This document shows positions 20,117-30,084 of a stretch of DNA of 64,000 nt, piece by piece (within the stretch, counting starts at the first letter, position 1; each line of letters opens with the position of its first letter). Made by a program: the position numbers and the translations under genes. The stretch spans positions 21,572 through 85,571 of the forward strand of contig JAHLLD010000003.1 of NCBI GenBank assembly GCA_020444325.1, given 5' to 3'. Under the pieces are notes generated by a model that was not told the origin of the DNA, did no database searches, and saw only the letters and a list, made by a program, of their open reading frames with translations. The stretch comes from a bacterium. GTDB lineage: Bacteria > Bacteroidota > Ignavibacteria > SZUA-365.

Positions 20117-20731
20117 CTACCCCTCCAGAATTGGCTGCAGCCATGAACGGAGCATGGAGCGGCCTCGCGAGAGGCGTGATTTTACGGTTCCAAGTTCGCA
20201 TTGCATGATCTCAGCCATTTCTTCGTAGGAGAATCCTTCCATGTCTTTCAATATCACCGGAGTCCTGTATTTCTCCGGCAGCCTCTGCAGTCCGCGCTGT
20301 ATCCACTCCTTCGTATCGGTATCGACGGGTGGAACAGAGGTTTTTGCCGTCAGCTCTTTGTCGCGGACCTCAAGCAGGGTGTTCAGGGAAAGCGAACGGC
20401 GCAGTTTCTGCTTGCGCATGATGTCACGACAGTGATTGATGGTAATACGGTAGAGCCAGGTGTAAAACGACGCATCGAAGCGGAATCGGGGCAGTGCTCG
20501 ATAAGCCTTGATGAATACGTCCTGTGTCACATCGTCAATCAGATCCGGATTGTGCAGCACGGAAAACACCAGGTTGCGAATGCGCTCGCTGTACCGCTCG
20601 AGGAGGATGCGGAATGCGTCTTCATCACCAGCCTGGAAACGGGTTATGAGGACGTCGTCCCCGGTTTCCACGGTAAGAGGCGGAGCGGTGCTTTCTGCGG
20701 CGTAACCTGTCATGCGATCCGGCGTTTTCAC
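20117..20731 (-). CDS. ECF (sigma-70 family) RNA polymerase sigma factor
   Basis: Region 2 (DVTQDVFIKAYRALPRF...FYTWLYRITINHCRD) and region 4 (LPEKYRTPVILKDMEGFSYEEMAEIMQCELGTVKSRLSRGR). Confidence 0.85.
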   Translation of the reverse strand: MKTPDRMTGYAAESTAPPLTVETGDDVLITRFQAGDEDAFRILLERYSERIRNLVFSVLHNPDLIDDVTQDVFIKAYRALPRFRFDASFYTWLYRITINHCRDIMRKQKLRRSLSLNTLLEVRDKELTAKTSVPPVDTDTKEWIQRGLQRLPEKYRTPVILKDMEGFSYEEMAEIMQCELGTVKSRLSRGRSMLRSWLQPILEG

Positions 20732-20744
20732 AACACAGTGCTAT

Positions 20745-20770
20745 AGACGGTTTGAGACAACATTTGTTCC
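20745..20770 (-). promoter_or_regulatory. Putative ECF-type promoter (GGAAC-N16-CGTCT) upstream of the ECF sigma gene
   Basis: On the minus strand: GGAACaaatgttgtctcaaacCGTCT. Implies a very short leader, or use of the second Met (MTGYAA) as start. Confidence 0.4.
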
Positions 20771-20885
20771 GGGAGTCGTGAGAATCGTATTTTTTCCATG
20801 GAGCACAATACGGAAAATCCCGTATCGGAGCGAGTCTGGAATACAACCCCGCGCGTAACGGCTTATTTGCGCGAAAGGAGCTCAA

Positions 20886-21557
20886 TTGACGCATGCGCCA
20901 TACATAGACGCACACTGTCACCACGCATCAGTGGATGCGGAAACACGTACAGTCCGCAGTTTTTATGCACAAACTGCATATTTTCAGCAGGAAATTACGG
21001 GTTTTTGCAGTTTCGGTATCCATCCATGGCATGCGGGTGATATCTCCGTCCAGGAAGGCAGACGTTTCCTGGAAGAGAAGCTCCAGTTCGACGGCTGTAT
21101 CGCGGTTGGGGAGGTTGGACTTGACCGTCTGCGCGGACCGAACCTTGAGATTCAGCAGGAAGTGCTGCGCATGCAGCTGGAATTCGCAGAAGAGCGGAAT
21201 CTGCCGGTGATTTTGCACAATGTGCGCTGCAGCAGTGAATTTCTCCATTTGCGGGGAGAATATGGACGCACGCCATGGCTGATGCACGGCTTTCAGGGTG
21301 CAGTCGAACTCGCGCAACAGTTCATCGAAAAAGATGTACATCTATCGATCGGACCGGCCTTGCTGGAGCGCAAATCACGCTTCCAGGAACTCCTGCAGCA
21401 TATCCCGCTCGAAAAAATCCTGTTTGAGAGCGACGACACCCGGCAATCCGTCAGACTGTTGTATGCGCAAGCGTCCATTCTGCTCGGCATTGAAGAAAAA
21501 AAGCTGCGGGAGAAGCTCGCAGGCACATTTTACATAGTATTCGGAGTACAACCCTGA
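20886..21557 (+). CDS. TatD-family metal-dependent hydrolase/DNase
   Basis: 223 aa. N-terminal IDAHCHH and GEVGLDR motifs. Confidence 0.7.
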   Translation: MTHAPYIDAHCHHASVDAETRTVRSFYAQTAYFQQEITGFCSFGIHPWHAGDISVQEGRRFLEEKLQFDGCIAVGEVGLDRLRGPNLEIQQEVLRMQLEFAEERNLPVILHNVRCSSEFLHLRGEYGRTPWLMHGFQGAVELAQQFIEKDVHLSIGPALLERKSRFQELLQHIPLEKILFESDDTRQSVRLLYAQASILLGIEEKKLREKLAGTFYIVFGVQP

Positions 21558-22300
21558 TGGCAGTACAGTGGCTTGAGCGCACCGAACTGCTGCTTGGCAG
21601 TGAAGCCCTGACGCAATTGCAGAAGAAGCATGTGCTGGTGGCAGGACTCGGTGGTGTTGGCGCATACGCCGCGGAAATGATTTGCAGGGGAGGCGTGGGA
21701 GCCATGACTATCGTCGATGGCGACGTCGTGCAGCCAGGGAACAGGAATCGTCAGCTCCCGGCGCTGCGCAGCACCGAGGGGAGGCAGAAGGCGGAGGTCA
21801 TGGCGGAGCGCATGCTGGATATCAATCCTGATCTCCAATTACGGGTGATCAGGGAATACATGAAAGACGAGCGTCTGGAAGAGATTGTGGACGGACCCTA
21901 CGACTACGTGGTGGATGCCATCGACACGCTGTCTCCGAAAGTTTTCCTCATCGCCAATGCCGTCGCACGGGGGATTCCTGTTGTCAGCTCGCTGGGCGCA
22001 GGAGGCAAGGTGGATCCGATGCAGGTGCGTATCGACGATATTGCGAAATCACATCACTGCAGGCTTGGGAAAATGCTGCGCAAGCGCCTGCACCGGCTCG
22101 GTATTCGAAACGGGGTACAGGTGGTGTATTCGCCTGAGGAAATCCATCCTGATGCCATGATGCCGGTGGAAGACGAAGCGAACAAGAAAACAGTGGTGGG
22201 GACGATTTCGTATATGCCACCATTGTTCGGCTGCTGCTGTGCATCCGTTGTGCTGCGAGCGCTGAGTGGGGAAGAAGCCGGTGAGGGTCAGTCAGCCTGA
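21557..22300 (+). CDS. tcdA: tRNA threonylcarbamoyladenosine dehydratase (TcdA/CsdL, ThiF/MoeB family)
   Basis: 247 aa. Nucleotide-binding loop VLVAGLGGVGAYAAEMICRGGVG..IVDGDVV...NRNRQ. Overlaps the tatD stop (ATGA-type coupling). Confidence 0.75.
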   Translation: MAVQWLERTELLLGSEALTQLQKKHVLVAGLGGVGAYAAEMICRGGVGAMTIVDGDVVQPGNRNRQLPALRSTEGRQKAEVMAERMLDINPDLQLRVIREYMKDERLEEIVDGPYDYVVDAIDTLSPKVFLIANAVARGIPVVSSLGAGGKVDPMQVRIDDIAKSHHCRLGKMLRKRLHRLGIRNGVQVVYSPEEIHPDAMMPVEDEANKKTVVGTISYMPPLFGCCCASVVLRALSGEEAGEGQSA

Positions 22301-23643
22301 CGCTGAGCTGCGGCCATCCTGCGGCTCTGGCGGTGAAATCGGTACTGAAAGGAAATGGCTGCGGTGGTCAGCCCGAAGACAAATCCAAGCCACACCCCTT
22401 TGACTCCCATATCGAATACGAAGGCGAAGATATAGCCTGAGGGGAGTCCGATCACCCAGTATGAGAATATCGCGATGTACAGCGGAACAGTCACATCTGT
22501 CATACCACGCAGACTGCCGTGTCCCACGACCTGTGAGCCGTCAGAGAGCTGGAACACCGCCGCTATGATCAGCAAACCCGATGCGATATGGATCACTTCG
22601 GGGTCATCGATGTATAGCGTCGGGAGTGTGTTGCGGAAGATGATGAATATGAGTGCGGCGACGGACATCAGGGAGATGGCCAGGACCCAGGCGCTGAATC
22701 CTGCCTGACGTACCTCACGCGCATCTCCTTTTCCTACGGCATTGCCGACCCGTATGGTTGCGGCATTGGCGATACCGAGAATAATCATGAACGATGTAGC
22801 CGCCATACTGATCGCGATCTGATGTGCCGCGAGCGCCTTGGCGCCGATCCAACCGATCATGACGGCGGAAAGGGAAAACGACCCCGCTTCGAAGAAATAC
22901 TGCATTCCGCTGGGGAGTCCGATACGCAGAATCCGTAGCTGCATGGCTGTGTTGAACGAGTGGAACGCAAGCAGCGGTCTGTAGCGTGTAAAACGCTTCG
23001 AGCGCAATACGTACACCATGATGGCGACTGCAGAAAAAACCTCAACCATCAGACTGCTATACCCTGCACCATCGAGTCCGAGAGCCGGGAAGCCCAGGTT
23101 CCCGTAAATCAGCACCCAGTTGCCGAGGACGTTGACCCCGTTGGCCAGGATGATTACGACCATGGCAGGACGTGTGAATGACTGTCCCTCGATGAAATTA
23201 CGTGCCGACATGAACACCATCATCGGCAGGAAGCTGAAGCTGATGATGCGCAGGTAAGGCTCTGCCAGTACGACGACTGACGAGGGCTGGTTGAGGACAT
23301 CGAGCAGGGTGCTGAGGAAAAGTGAGAGCGCGATAAGAAGGATCCCTATGCCGCTGTTTACCAGCAGTCCCTGCCGGAACACGACACCCGCCTCATCGAA
23401 ATCCTCACGTCCGCAGGCGATTGCGGTCAGCGGGGTAATGGCGGAGGAAATGCCGGCAGCCAGCACCAGCATGAGTACGAAAACGGAATTGCCGAGTGAG
23501 GAGGCCGCAAGAGGCACGGGACCCAGTTGTCCTACCATCAGACTGTCGGTAACGCCGAGCATGACATGGCCAAGCTGTCCGATGGCCACAGGGACCGCAA
23601 GACGCACGGTCTCGCGCAGATGTGTTCCGAGATTCCGTTCCAT
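22288..23643 (-). CDS. MATE-family efflux transporter
   Basis: 451 aa, 12 TM helices in two halves, typical MATE profile. Starts 4 bp after the upstream kinase stop. Confidence 0.8.
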   Translation of the reverse strand: MERNLGTHLRETVRLAVPVAIGQLGHVMLGVTDSLMVGQLGPVPLAASSLGNSVFVLMLVLAAGISSAITPLTAIACGREDFDEAGVVFRQGLLVNSGIGILLIALSLFLSTLLDVLNQPSSVVVLAEPYLRIISFSFLPMMVFMSARNFIEGQSFTRPAMVVIILANGVNVLGNWVLIYGNLGFPALGLDGAGYSSLMVEVFSAVAIMVYVLRSKRFTRYRPLLAFHSFNTAMQLRILRIGLPSGMQYFFEAGSFSLSAVMIGWIGAKALAAHQIAISMAATSFMIILGIANAATIRVGNAVGKGDAREVRQAGFSAWVLAISLMSVAALIFIIFRNTLPTLYIDDPEVIHIASGLLIIAAVFQLSDGSQVVGHGSLRGMTDVTVPLYIAIFSYWVIGLPSGYIFAFVFDMGVKGVWLGFVFGLTTAAISFQYRFHRQSRRMAAAQRQAD

Positions 23644-23646
23644 CGG

Positions 23647-25503
23647 TCAGCTTACTTTCGACTCACCGCTGTCGGATTGCCTGCCGGCAGGATCATCGCT
23701 TCCCTTGTGTCCGCTTCCTGCCGCTCCGGTCGCCGCGTCCCCGGAAGCAGAAGCCTCAAGTTCCGGATGGAGAGGGAGGAGTACTGTAAAGGTGGTCTTT
23801 CCCGGCTTACTCTCGACACGAATGTTTCCGTGATGCTTGTCGACGATGCGGCGCACGATATCGAGTCCGAGTCCTGATCCCTCCCCGGCTTCCTTTGTGG
23901 TAAAGAACGGTTCAAAGATTTTCGCCTGAATGTCTTCCGGAATGCCACTGCCATCGTCTGTGATCGCGACTTCGATTCCCTGGCCGACGGTGCGTACGGA
24001 AACTTCGAGCTGTCCCTCGTATTCCATGGCCTGGATGGCATTGTGGATGAGATTGGTCCACACCTGGTTGAGCTCATCCGGGTAGCAGCGTATTGCTGGA
24101 ACGGACTCGAAATGGCGTGTCACCTCCACACCATGCTTGAGCTGGTTGTGGTAGAGTGTGAGCACGGTCTCTATACCCTCGACGATATCCGCATGTGACA
24201 TTTCGCCGCTTTTGTCGTGATGCGAAAAATTCTTGAGTGCGAAGACAATTTTGCTGGCACGTTCAACGGCAAGCTCAATATTCTGGCTGTTGCGCTGCTG
24301 CATACTGAGCCTGGATGCCAGTGTCAGGATTTCACGCACACGCTCATGACGCAGCACATCATCAAAGATGTCCCATCCCCTGAATATGCCCATTTCAGAC
24401 AGGTTGTCTGCAATTTCGGCTGCAAATTCATAGGAGTCGTTCTCGAGTTCGGTTTGCAGAGCGCGCCGCTTTTTTCTTTCCTCACGTGCCGAGAGCGAGG
24501 TTTTGAGGGAGAGGCTGTGTCGTACCATGGAGAAAAACTGCTCCTGCACTTCCTCCTCAAGTGAAGCCAGCAGGGCGGGGAGGTCACGCAGCGTGTGTTC
24601 GAGCGCCTTGTCGATATTCGAGATCGATGCCCGAATGGCGCCAAGGGGAGTGTTGATCTCATGCGCGATGCCGGCGATCAGTTGTCCCAGCGCCGCCATT
24701 TTTTCGGACTGCACCAACTGCGCCTGTGTTGCCTTCAGATGTTCGAGTGTGCGCGCCAGCTGACGCCGTTCTGCCTCAAGCAGACGGTTTTTGGACTGTA
24801 GTTCGGTATTGACTTCCTGCGCATGCTGCTGCGCACTGCGCACATTTGCGATCATTTTCCCGAACTCCGTAGCCAGGTCGCCAATCTCATCGTTGGTGTA
24901 GCGGTACACTGCCGTATCAAGATCGCCGTGTCCCACTTTGATGGCAGCGAGTCTGAGCAGAGAGAGGGGACGTACAATGAGATTCGCCTGCCACATGCCG
25001 AACAGCGTGCCGAGAAGCAGGGTGATCATCGATACCCAGAAGGTGATGGCACCGAGCTTGTGCACACGGTCGGAGATGAAATCCGTGCTTGCGCCAATGA
25101 CGGCGGAGCCGGAAAATAGATCCGTCTCCACCGGGTAGAAGGCGACGACAAGGGAGTCCGTCTGTTCATATGCCGGAGTGTATTCGAAATCTTCCTTGTG
25201 TGCGGCAAACGTGCGTCCCTGTCTGTCGACCAGTGCGGCAAAACGCACGCCCGGGGCGCGGACGACAATGTCGAGCGTGCGCCGCATTCCGGCCCAGTCT
25301 TCGCTCGCGAGTCCGAAAGTCACACTGGTGGCAACCATTTGTGCGAGGGACTGCACTTCGTTGTGAAAGCTGTCGCGCAGAGCCTCTTCATGCTCGGTCG
25401 GGAAGTAGGCGAACATGAAAAGGGAGAGCAGGGCGATAAAGAGGATAATCGGCAGCTGAATTTTCTGCCGTACCGAGAATCGCTTCCGTGTCTTCTTCAC
25501 CAT
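23647..25503 (-). CDS. Sensor histidine kinase (TM, periplasmic domain, TM, HAMP, coiled coil, HisKA, HATPase_c)
   Basis: 618 aa. H-box IAHEINTPLGAI, N/G boxes LIHNAIQAM, DDGSGI, GSGLGLDIV. Gly/Ser/Asp-rich C-terminal tail. Confidence 0.8.
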   Translation of the reverse strand: MVKKTRKRFSVRQKIQLPIILFIALLSLFMFAYFPTEHEEALRDSFHNEVQSLAQMVATSVTFGLASEDWAGMRRTLDIVVRAPGVRFAALVDRQGRTFAAHKEDFEYTPAYEQTDSLVVAFYPVETDLFSGSAVIGASTDFISDRVHKLGAITFWVSMITLLLGTLFGMWQANLIVRPLSLLRLAAIKVGHGDLDTAVYRYTNDEIGDLATEFGKMIANVRSAQQHAQEVNTELQSKNRLLEAERRQLARTLEHLKATQAQLVQSEKMAALGQLIAGIAHEINTPLGAIRASISNIDKALEHTLRDLPALLASLEEEVQEQFFSMVRHSLSLKTSLSAREERKKRRALQTELENDSYEFAAEIADNLSEMGIFRGWDIFDDVLRHERVREILTLASRLSMQQRNSQNIELAVERASKIVFALKNFSHHDKSGEMSHADIVEGIETVLTLYHNQLKHGVEVTRHFESVPAIRCYPDELNQVWTNLIHNAIQAMEYEGQLEVSVRTVGQGIEVAITDDGSGIPEDIQAKIFEPFFTTKEAGEGSGLGLDIVRRIVDKHHGNIRVESKPGKTTFTVLLPLHPELEASASGDAATGAAGSGHKGSDDPAGRQSDSGESKVS

Positions 25504-25532
25504 GCGTTCATGCCGGATCGATAGGGAAATAT

Positions 25533-26783
25533 CTAGAGAAGAATGCTGCAGCCGAGGAAAACGAACCGCAGCGCAAGGTCGTGTTTGTACTGGTCCGCGC
25601 CATCGTTGACCAGATAATCGAGCGCTTCGTCGTACTGCACGAGCTGAAGCTTCGCCGTGATCGCGTCGTTGATTCTGTATGCGCCGCCGACGCTGTACAC
25701 GTAGTAGTCCGAGTCGACACCGAAACTGTAGTCTCCGTACTGCACGGAGACATAGGTCATCAGATCAGAGGTGACATCATACCCGAGCATACCGTGCAGA
25801 AAGGCCTGTTCTATGGTGAAGTTCGGCAGATCGGCATCGTCGGTGTCATAGAACACCTTGATCATCTCCGTTTCAAGCGAGAAGGGGCCATGTCGCAGGA
25901 AGAGATCAGCGCCGAGGCGATACCGCGGAGCATCATCACCAAGCTGCTCGTGCACCGACTGTGAGAGAATATGATCGGGATAACGCAGGCTGTCGCGAAG
26001 ATTGTTGTAATCGTGCGTCAGCGAAACGCCGAGGTTGATATTCTCATCGCGCGATCGGAGTCCGATGCGTCCGCCAAGCAGCTTGAGATTGAAATTTGTC
26101 GGATCCACACCCGTCAGAAATTCAAAATCGCGGTTCACATCCGCATGAATATCGCCGTCTGGCGTGCGCCGGGAGATGTACGATGCTTCAGCGTTACCAG
26201 TGTAGACCGCATAATCACCAAAAAAATTACCGAAAGGAACAGCGCCATAGATCTGGACGAACGCGTGCTCCGGGATGAAATCTTCCGCATAGAACTGCTC
26301 GGATAGCAGGCGTTCATAGATGAGGGGACGAAAGATATACGGCAGCAGGGCGAGCCGGTTCTTTATCTCGTTCAGCCGGTTGAATGCGGGATACAGCAGT
26401 CCTGTCTTGATACTCAGGGCGTCATCGATGTGATAATTCATCCACGCTTCCTGAAGACTCATGCTGCCCCAGTTCTTGTCTGACGAATAATTGAGCTGGA
26501 ATTCCAGGTCGACGAAGGCGGTGAAGTTTTCGCCCAGTTCCTTCCGCATGAAGAGATCGAGCTGCTGCAGCATGAAGCTGCTGCGTGATTCAGCGTATTT
26601 GATGGGCTCCGCGAAGCCCGGAACGATGGATTCGCGCTGCCCGTCCTGATGAAAAAACACCGTCTGCATGGAACCGAAGAGTTGGAGGTCATCCTGCGCA
26701 TGAACGCGGACCGTGAGCAGCGAAAGGAAAAGGAGGGACCACAGTATCAGCGAGAGCGGCATCAGTTTCAGCGGAAGCGGCAT
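25533..26783 (-). CDS. Outer-membrane protein, paralog A of a duplicated pair
   Basis: Signal MPLPLKLMPLSLILWSLLFLSLLTVRVHAQ (the ORF extends to 26849 with a charged N-terminus). Long identical blocks shared with 27289-28512 (LYPAFN.LNEIKNRLALLPY.FRP..YERLLS, GNAEASYISRR). C-terminal RFVFLG. Confidence 0.55.
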   Translation of the reverse strand: MPLPLKLMPLSLILWSLLFLSLLTVRVHAQDDLQLFGSMQTVFFHQDGQRESIVPGFAEPIKYAESRSSFMLQQLDLFMRKELGENFTAFVDLEFQLNYSSDKNWGSMSLQEAWMNYHIDDALSIKTGLLYPAFNRLNEIKNRLALLPYIFRPLIYERLLSEQFYAEDFIPEHAFVQIYGAVPFGNFFGDYAVYTGNAEASYISRRTPDGDIHADVNRDFEFLTGVDPTNFNLKLLGGRIGLRSRDENINLGVSLTHDYNNLRDSLRYPDHILSQSVHEQLGDDAPRYRLGADLFLRHGPFSLETEMIKVFYDTDDADLPNFTIEQAFLHGMLGYDVTSDLMTYVSVQYGDYSFGVDSDYYVYSVGGAYRINDAITAKLQLVQYDEALDYLVNDGADQYKHDLALRFVFLGCSILL

Positions 26784-26849
26784 CGGATTGATGGAGCGGC
26801 ACAGCTGCATATCCTCTGGAGTGTCGATATGGAGACCACTGCGGCGCAT

Positions 26850-27281
26850 TTACTTCTTCACCCTTGCGACAATGCGGATTTTCTTTTTCCCGCGCACGGC
26901 ACGTTCAGATGCGAAACCGATGGCCCCTTTCGTTTTCGCCACTTCTTCGATCAGCTCTTCCTCGCTTTCCATGGCATTCGGAGGCGGAGCCTTGCCGGTG
27001 AACTGTTTCCGCAGCCAGATGCGCTTGAGATTGTCTTCAGACATGTCGAGATAGGACAGGAAATCTTCTTTCGCCTTGCCATCCTTGACATAGTACACGG
27101 AAACACGCGACCCGTCATCCCAGTGGGTTTTGTTCAGCGTGTAAATATCCATCAGATCCTCAATGCTGAGCTTCGTCGATTGCACCGAGCTGTTGGCGAT
27201 GACCACGGTTTGTGATCGCAGTTCGCCGGTGCTCAGCATCACCAGGATGATGAGTGGAAATATGATGCGCAATGATTTCAT
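26850..27281 (-). CDS. Small secreted PstS/PBP-like domain protein (mini phosphate-binding-like)
   Basis: 143 aa. Signal MKSLRIIFPLIILVMLSTGELRSQ. VVIANSSVQSTKLSIEDLMDIYTLNKTHWDDGSRVSVYY...KGAIGFASERAV resembles the PstS pattern (N.v..Ls..ql.dIf.Gkit.W.evGG..i.v..R...SGT and pGAIGY) but at about half the length of a full PstS. Confidence 0.5.
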   Translation of the reverse strand: MKSLRIIFPLIILVMLSTGELRSQTVVIANSSVQSTKLSIEDLMDIYTLNKTHWDDGSRVSVYYVKDGKAKEDFLSYLDMSEDNLKRIWLRKQFTGKAPPPNAMESEEELIEEVAKTKGAIGFASERAVRGKKKIRIVARVKK

Positions 27282-27288
27282 GAACGTG

Positions 27289-28512
27289 TCATAATACGAT
27301 TGTCAATCCGAGAAACACAAATCGCAATGCGATCCTGTCGATATGAGACTGATGTTCAACTTCCTGTCTGTAATGGATGTACTGTGCCTTCGCAGTCACC
27401 GCAGGATTGATCTGGAAGGCTGCTCCTGCAGTAATGGTCCGGTTTTCTGCTTCGGCTCCGAATACCTCTCGGCCGCCTTGATAGGTGCCGTAGAGGAAGA
27501 GCCGGTCGGTGAACTGATACCCGAGCATGCTGTAATAGAACAGCAGGTCGAACTCAACGTCCATGCGCTCAGCGGGGTCATAGCTGTAGAGCACTCGAAT
27601 GAACTCGGACTCAAAACGGACGGGGCCGATGCTTCCCGACAGATCTGCGCCAAGTCGAAAACGTTCTGCATCCCCTTTGAGTGGCGTGCGCAGTCCCTCG
27701 TAAATCTTCGGGTACTGTGTGGTGTCGCGGAGATTGTCATAGTCATGCGTCAGCGAGACCCCGGCCTTGAAATTCTCGTTCCGGGCACGTATGCCAAGGC
27801 GTCCGCCAAACATTTTCTTGTCTGTCTGCGTGGGATCCACACCACTGAGAAACTCGAAATTCTGATCGAGATCGTTGACGATGTCTCCGTTTTCGTCTCT
27901 TCGAGAAATGTATGAGGCTTCCGCATTCCCAACATAGGCTGCGTAATCCCAGAATACGTCCCCATGCGGTATGGCGCCGGAGAGCTGAACGAAGGCGTGC
28001 TCAGGGAGATAGTCCTCCGCCATGAAAAGGTCGCTGAGCAGGCGTTCGTAAGCGCCGGGACGAAAGACGTAGGGAAGCAGGGCCAGGCGGTTCTTTATTT
28101 CATTCAGGTTGTTGAATGCCGGATAGAGCATGCCCGCTTTGAGTCCGATCATCTCGGAGGGTGTATAGTTGAGCCAGGCTTCCTGCAGACTCAGTGCACC
28201 CCAGCGCTTGTCGGAAGAGTAATTGAGCTGGTATTCAAGATCCACGAAAATGCTGAATTCCTCTCCGATGGGCTTGCGCAGGAAGACGTCGAGCTGCTGC
28301 ACGGCGAAACTGCTGCGCTCTTCGTGATACTCGGTGCTGCCCCAGGGCTGCACGCGGCCAAAACTCATATTGGCCTTCTGGTTGAAGAACACAGTCTGCA
28401 GCGAGCCGAAAATCGTGGTTTCCCCGGGCTGCACCTGTGCAGACAGCGCCTCAGCGAACAGAGGAACGCAGCATGCTGCAATGAACATATATTTCCGGGT
28501 GAGGCGGAGCAT
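27289..28512 (-). CDS. Outer-membrane protein, paralog B of a duplicated pair
   Basis: 407 aa. Signal MLRLTRKYMFIAACCVPLFAEALSAQ; shares extensive identical blocks with 25533-26783. Confidence 0.55.
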   Translation of the reverse strand: MLRLTRKYMFIAACCVPLFAEALSAQVQPGETTIFGSLQTVFFNQKANMSFGRVQPWGSTEYHEERSSFAVQQLDVFLRKPIGEEFSIFVDLEYQLNYSSDKRWGALSLQEAWLNYTPSEMIGLKAGMLYPAFNNLNEIKNRLALLPYVFRPGAYERLLSDLFMAEDYLPEHAFVQLSGAIPHGDVFWDYAAYVGNAEASYISRRDENGDIVNDLDQNFEFLSGVDPTQTDKKMFGGRLGIRARNENFKAGVSLTHDYDNLRDTTQYPKIYEGLRTPLKGDAERFRLGADLSGSIGPVRFESEFIRVLYSYDPAERMDVEFDLLFYYSMLGYQFTDRLFLYGTYQGGREVFGAEAENRTITAGAAFQINPAVTAKAQYIHYRQEVEHQSHIDRIALRFVFLGLTIVL

Positions 28513-28515
28513 GTA

Positions 28516-30084
28516 TTACCGGGGATTGTACGGGAGGCCAAGCAGGGTGGAGTAATATTCCTCCTTGTCGGCCATGAACATGGATGTAAAGCGCAGCACG
28601 AGTGTGTCACCGCTGCGCGCCGTGACTTTTCCGTAGGATTCAAGTGCGATGCGCTCGCCGTCAATGATCATGGCATGCAGACGCACGTCGGCGCGGATTT
28701 GCAACGCACCATTGTCTCGCAGGCGGGCCTGCTGCACCGAGACGGCAAGCAGAGGCATATGCAATACGGTGTCGGACACTGATTTGCCGTCGAGTATTGA
28801 TAGCTCGACAATCACCTCTTTTGACACCTCGCGCATCTCCTCCCAGCTCGGAATGAACTCGACGTCGAAGCCGTCGCGTATGCTCTGTACTTCACAAATG
28901 CGTAACGGGTGATCGACACCCTTGACCGAGACTTCAAACTCCTTGACGATATCGACGGAGGCATGGCAGCGATCCAGTGTATCTGAAGAAATCAGCACCT
29001 GCTGTCCGGTTGACAGTGCTTCAATACGCGCGGCGAGGTTCGCGGCATTTCCGATGACGCCGTATTTCGTGCGCTTCTCGGAACCGATATTGCCGACGAC
29101 GACTTCGCCTGAACTGATGCCGATACCCATCTCCAGCGGGGGCATGCCTTCGCTGTGATGCGCAGCGTTGATGTCGTGCATCGCCGTCTGCATGGAGAGT
29201 GCACAGGCGATGGCATGTTCGGCATGATTCGCCAGCGGTTTCGGCGCACCGAAAATCACCATGATACCGTCGCCGAGAAATTCGATCACAATGCCGCTGA
29301 ATTCGGCGATGACTTCCACCATCCGCTCGAGATAGCGATTGAGGATGCGCACGACGTCTTCAGGAGGCAGATGCTCAGTTAGCACCGTAAACCCGCGCAG
29401 ATCCGACATTAGCACGGAAATATCCCGCTTGGCACCGCCGATCTGCAGTCCCTCGGGATCCCGCAGCACGGTGTCCATCACTTCATCCGATACATACCGG
29501 CCGAATACGTTGCGGATGAATTCGTTGCGAACCTGCAAATCCTTGCGCTGCTTTTCGATGCTGAGCATCTGTGTCTGAATTTCTTCCTTCTGCCTGACGA
29601 CCTCTGTCGTGCGCTCAGTCACCAGCTGCTCGAGGTTCTCATTCATTTCCTTGAGAACGCGGTTCTGTTCCTCGAGTTTCTTGTCCTGGTAATAGCTGCG
29701 CAAGGCCTCCTTTATGGTCAGGACGAGGTCTGTTTCTTCCCAGGGTTTGGGAATGTAGCGATAGAGATTCGCATGATTGACGGCGTCACCGACCGCGCCG
29801 GCGTCAGCCTGTCCGGTCAGGAGGATGTTGAAGGTTTTCGGGGAGAGTCCGTGCAGCTGACGAAGGAGTTCGTTTCCCTTGATACCCGGCATGATCTGAT
29901 CGCAGATGATGACGGGGATCTCAACGGACTGGCCAAGCAGGTCCTGCGCCAGTTCCATAGCCTCCTCGCCGCTTTCCATGATTTCAATACTGAAATCCCC
30001 GCTGAAATGCTCGCGCAACTGATCCTTCAGACTGCGGAGGATCATCTCTTCATCATCGACACACATGAGAACGGGTTTGCTCAT
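28516..30084 (-). CDS. Response-regulator receiver fused to a class III adenylate/guanylate cyclase, plus a C-terminal domain of unknown function
   Basis: 522 aa. Receiver (MCVDDEEMILRSL...ICDQIMPG..G...KPW), coiled coil, cyclase core (ISVLMSDLRGFT...EFLGDGIMVIFGAP...GNAANLAARIE), then about 130 aa extra. Confidence 0.8.
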   Translation of the reverse strand: MSKPVLMCVDDEEMILRSLKDQLREHFSGDFSIEIMESGEEAMELAQDLLGQSVEIPVIICDQIMPGIKGNELLRQLHGLSPKTFNILLTGQADAGAVGDAVNHANLYRYIPKPWEETDLVLTIKEALRSYYQDKKLEEQNRVLKEMNENLEQLVTERTTEVVRQKEEIQTQMLSIEKQRKDLQVRNEFIRNVFGRYVSDEVMDTVLRDPEGLQIGGAKRDISVLMSDLRGFTVLTEHLPPEDVVRILNRYLERMVEVIAEFSGIVIEFLGDGIMVIFGAPKPLANHAEHAIACALSMQTAMHDINAAHHSEGMPPLEMGIGISSGEVVVGNIGSEKRTKYGVIGNAANLAARIEALSTGQQVLISSDTLDRCHASVDIVKEFEVSVKGVDHPLRICEVQSIRDGFDVEFIPSWEEMREVSKEVIVELSILDGKSVSDTVLHMPLLAVSVQQARLRDNGALQIRADVRLHAMIIDGERIALESYGKVTARSGDTLVLRFTSMFMADKEEYYSTLLGLPYNPR

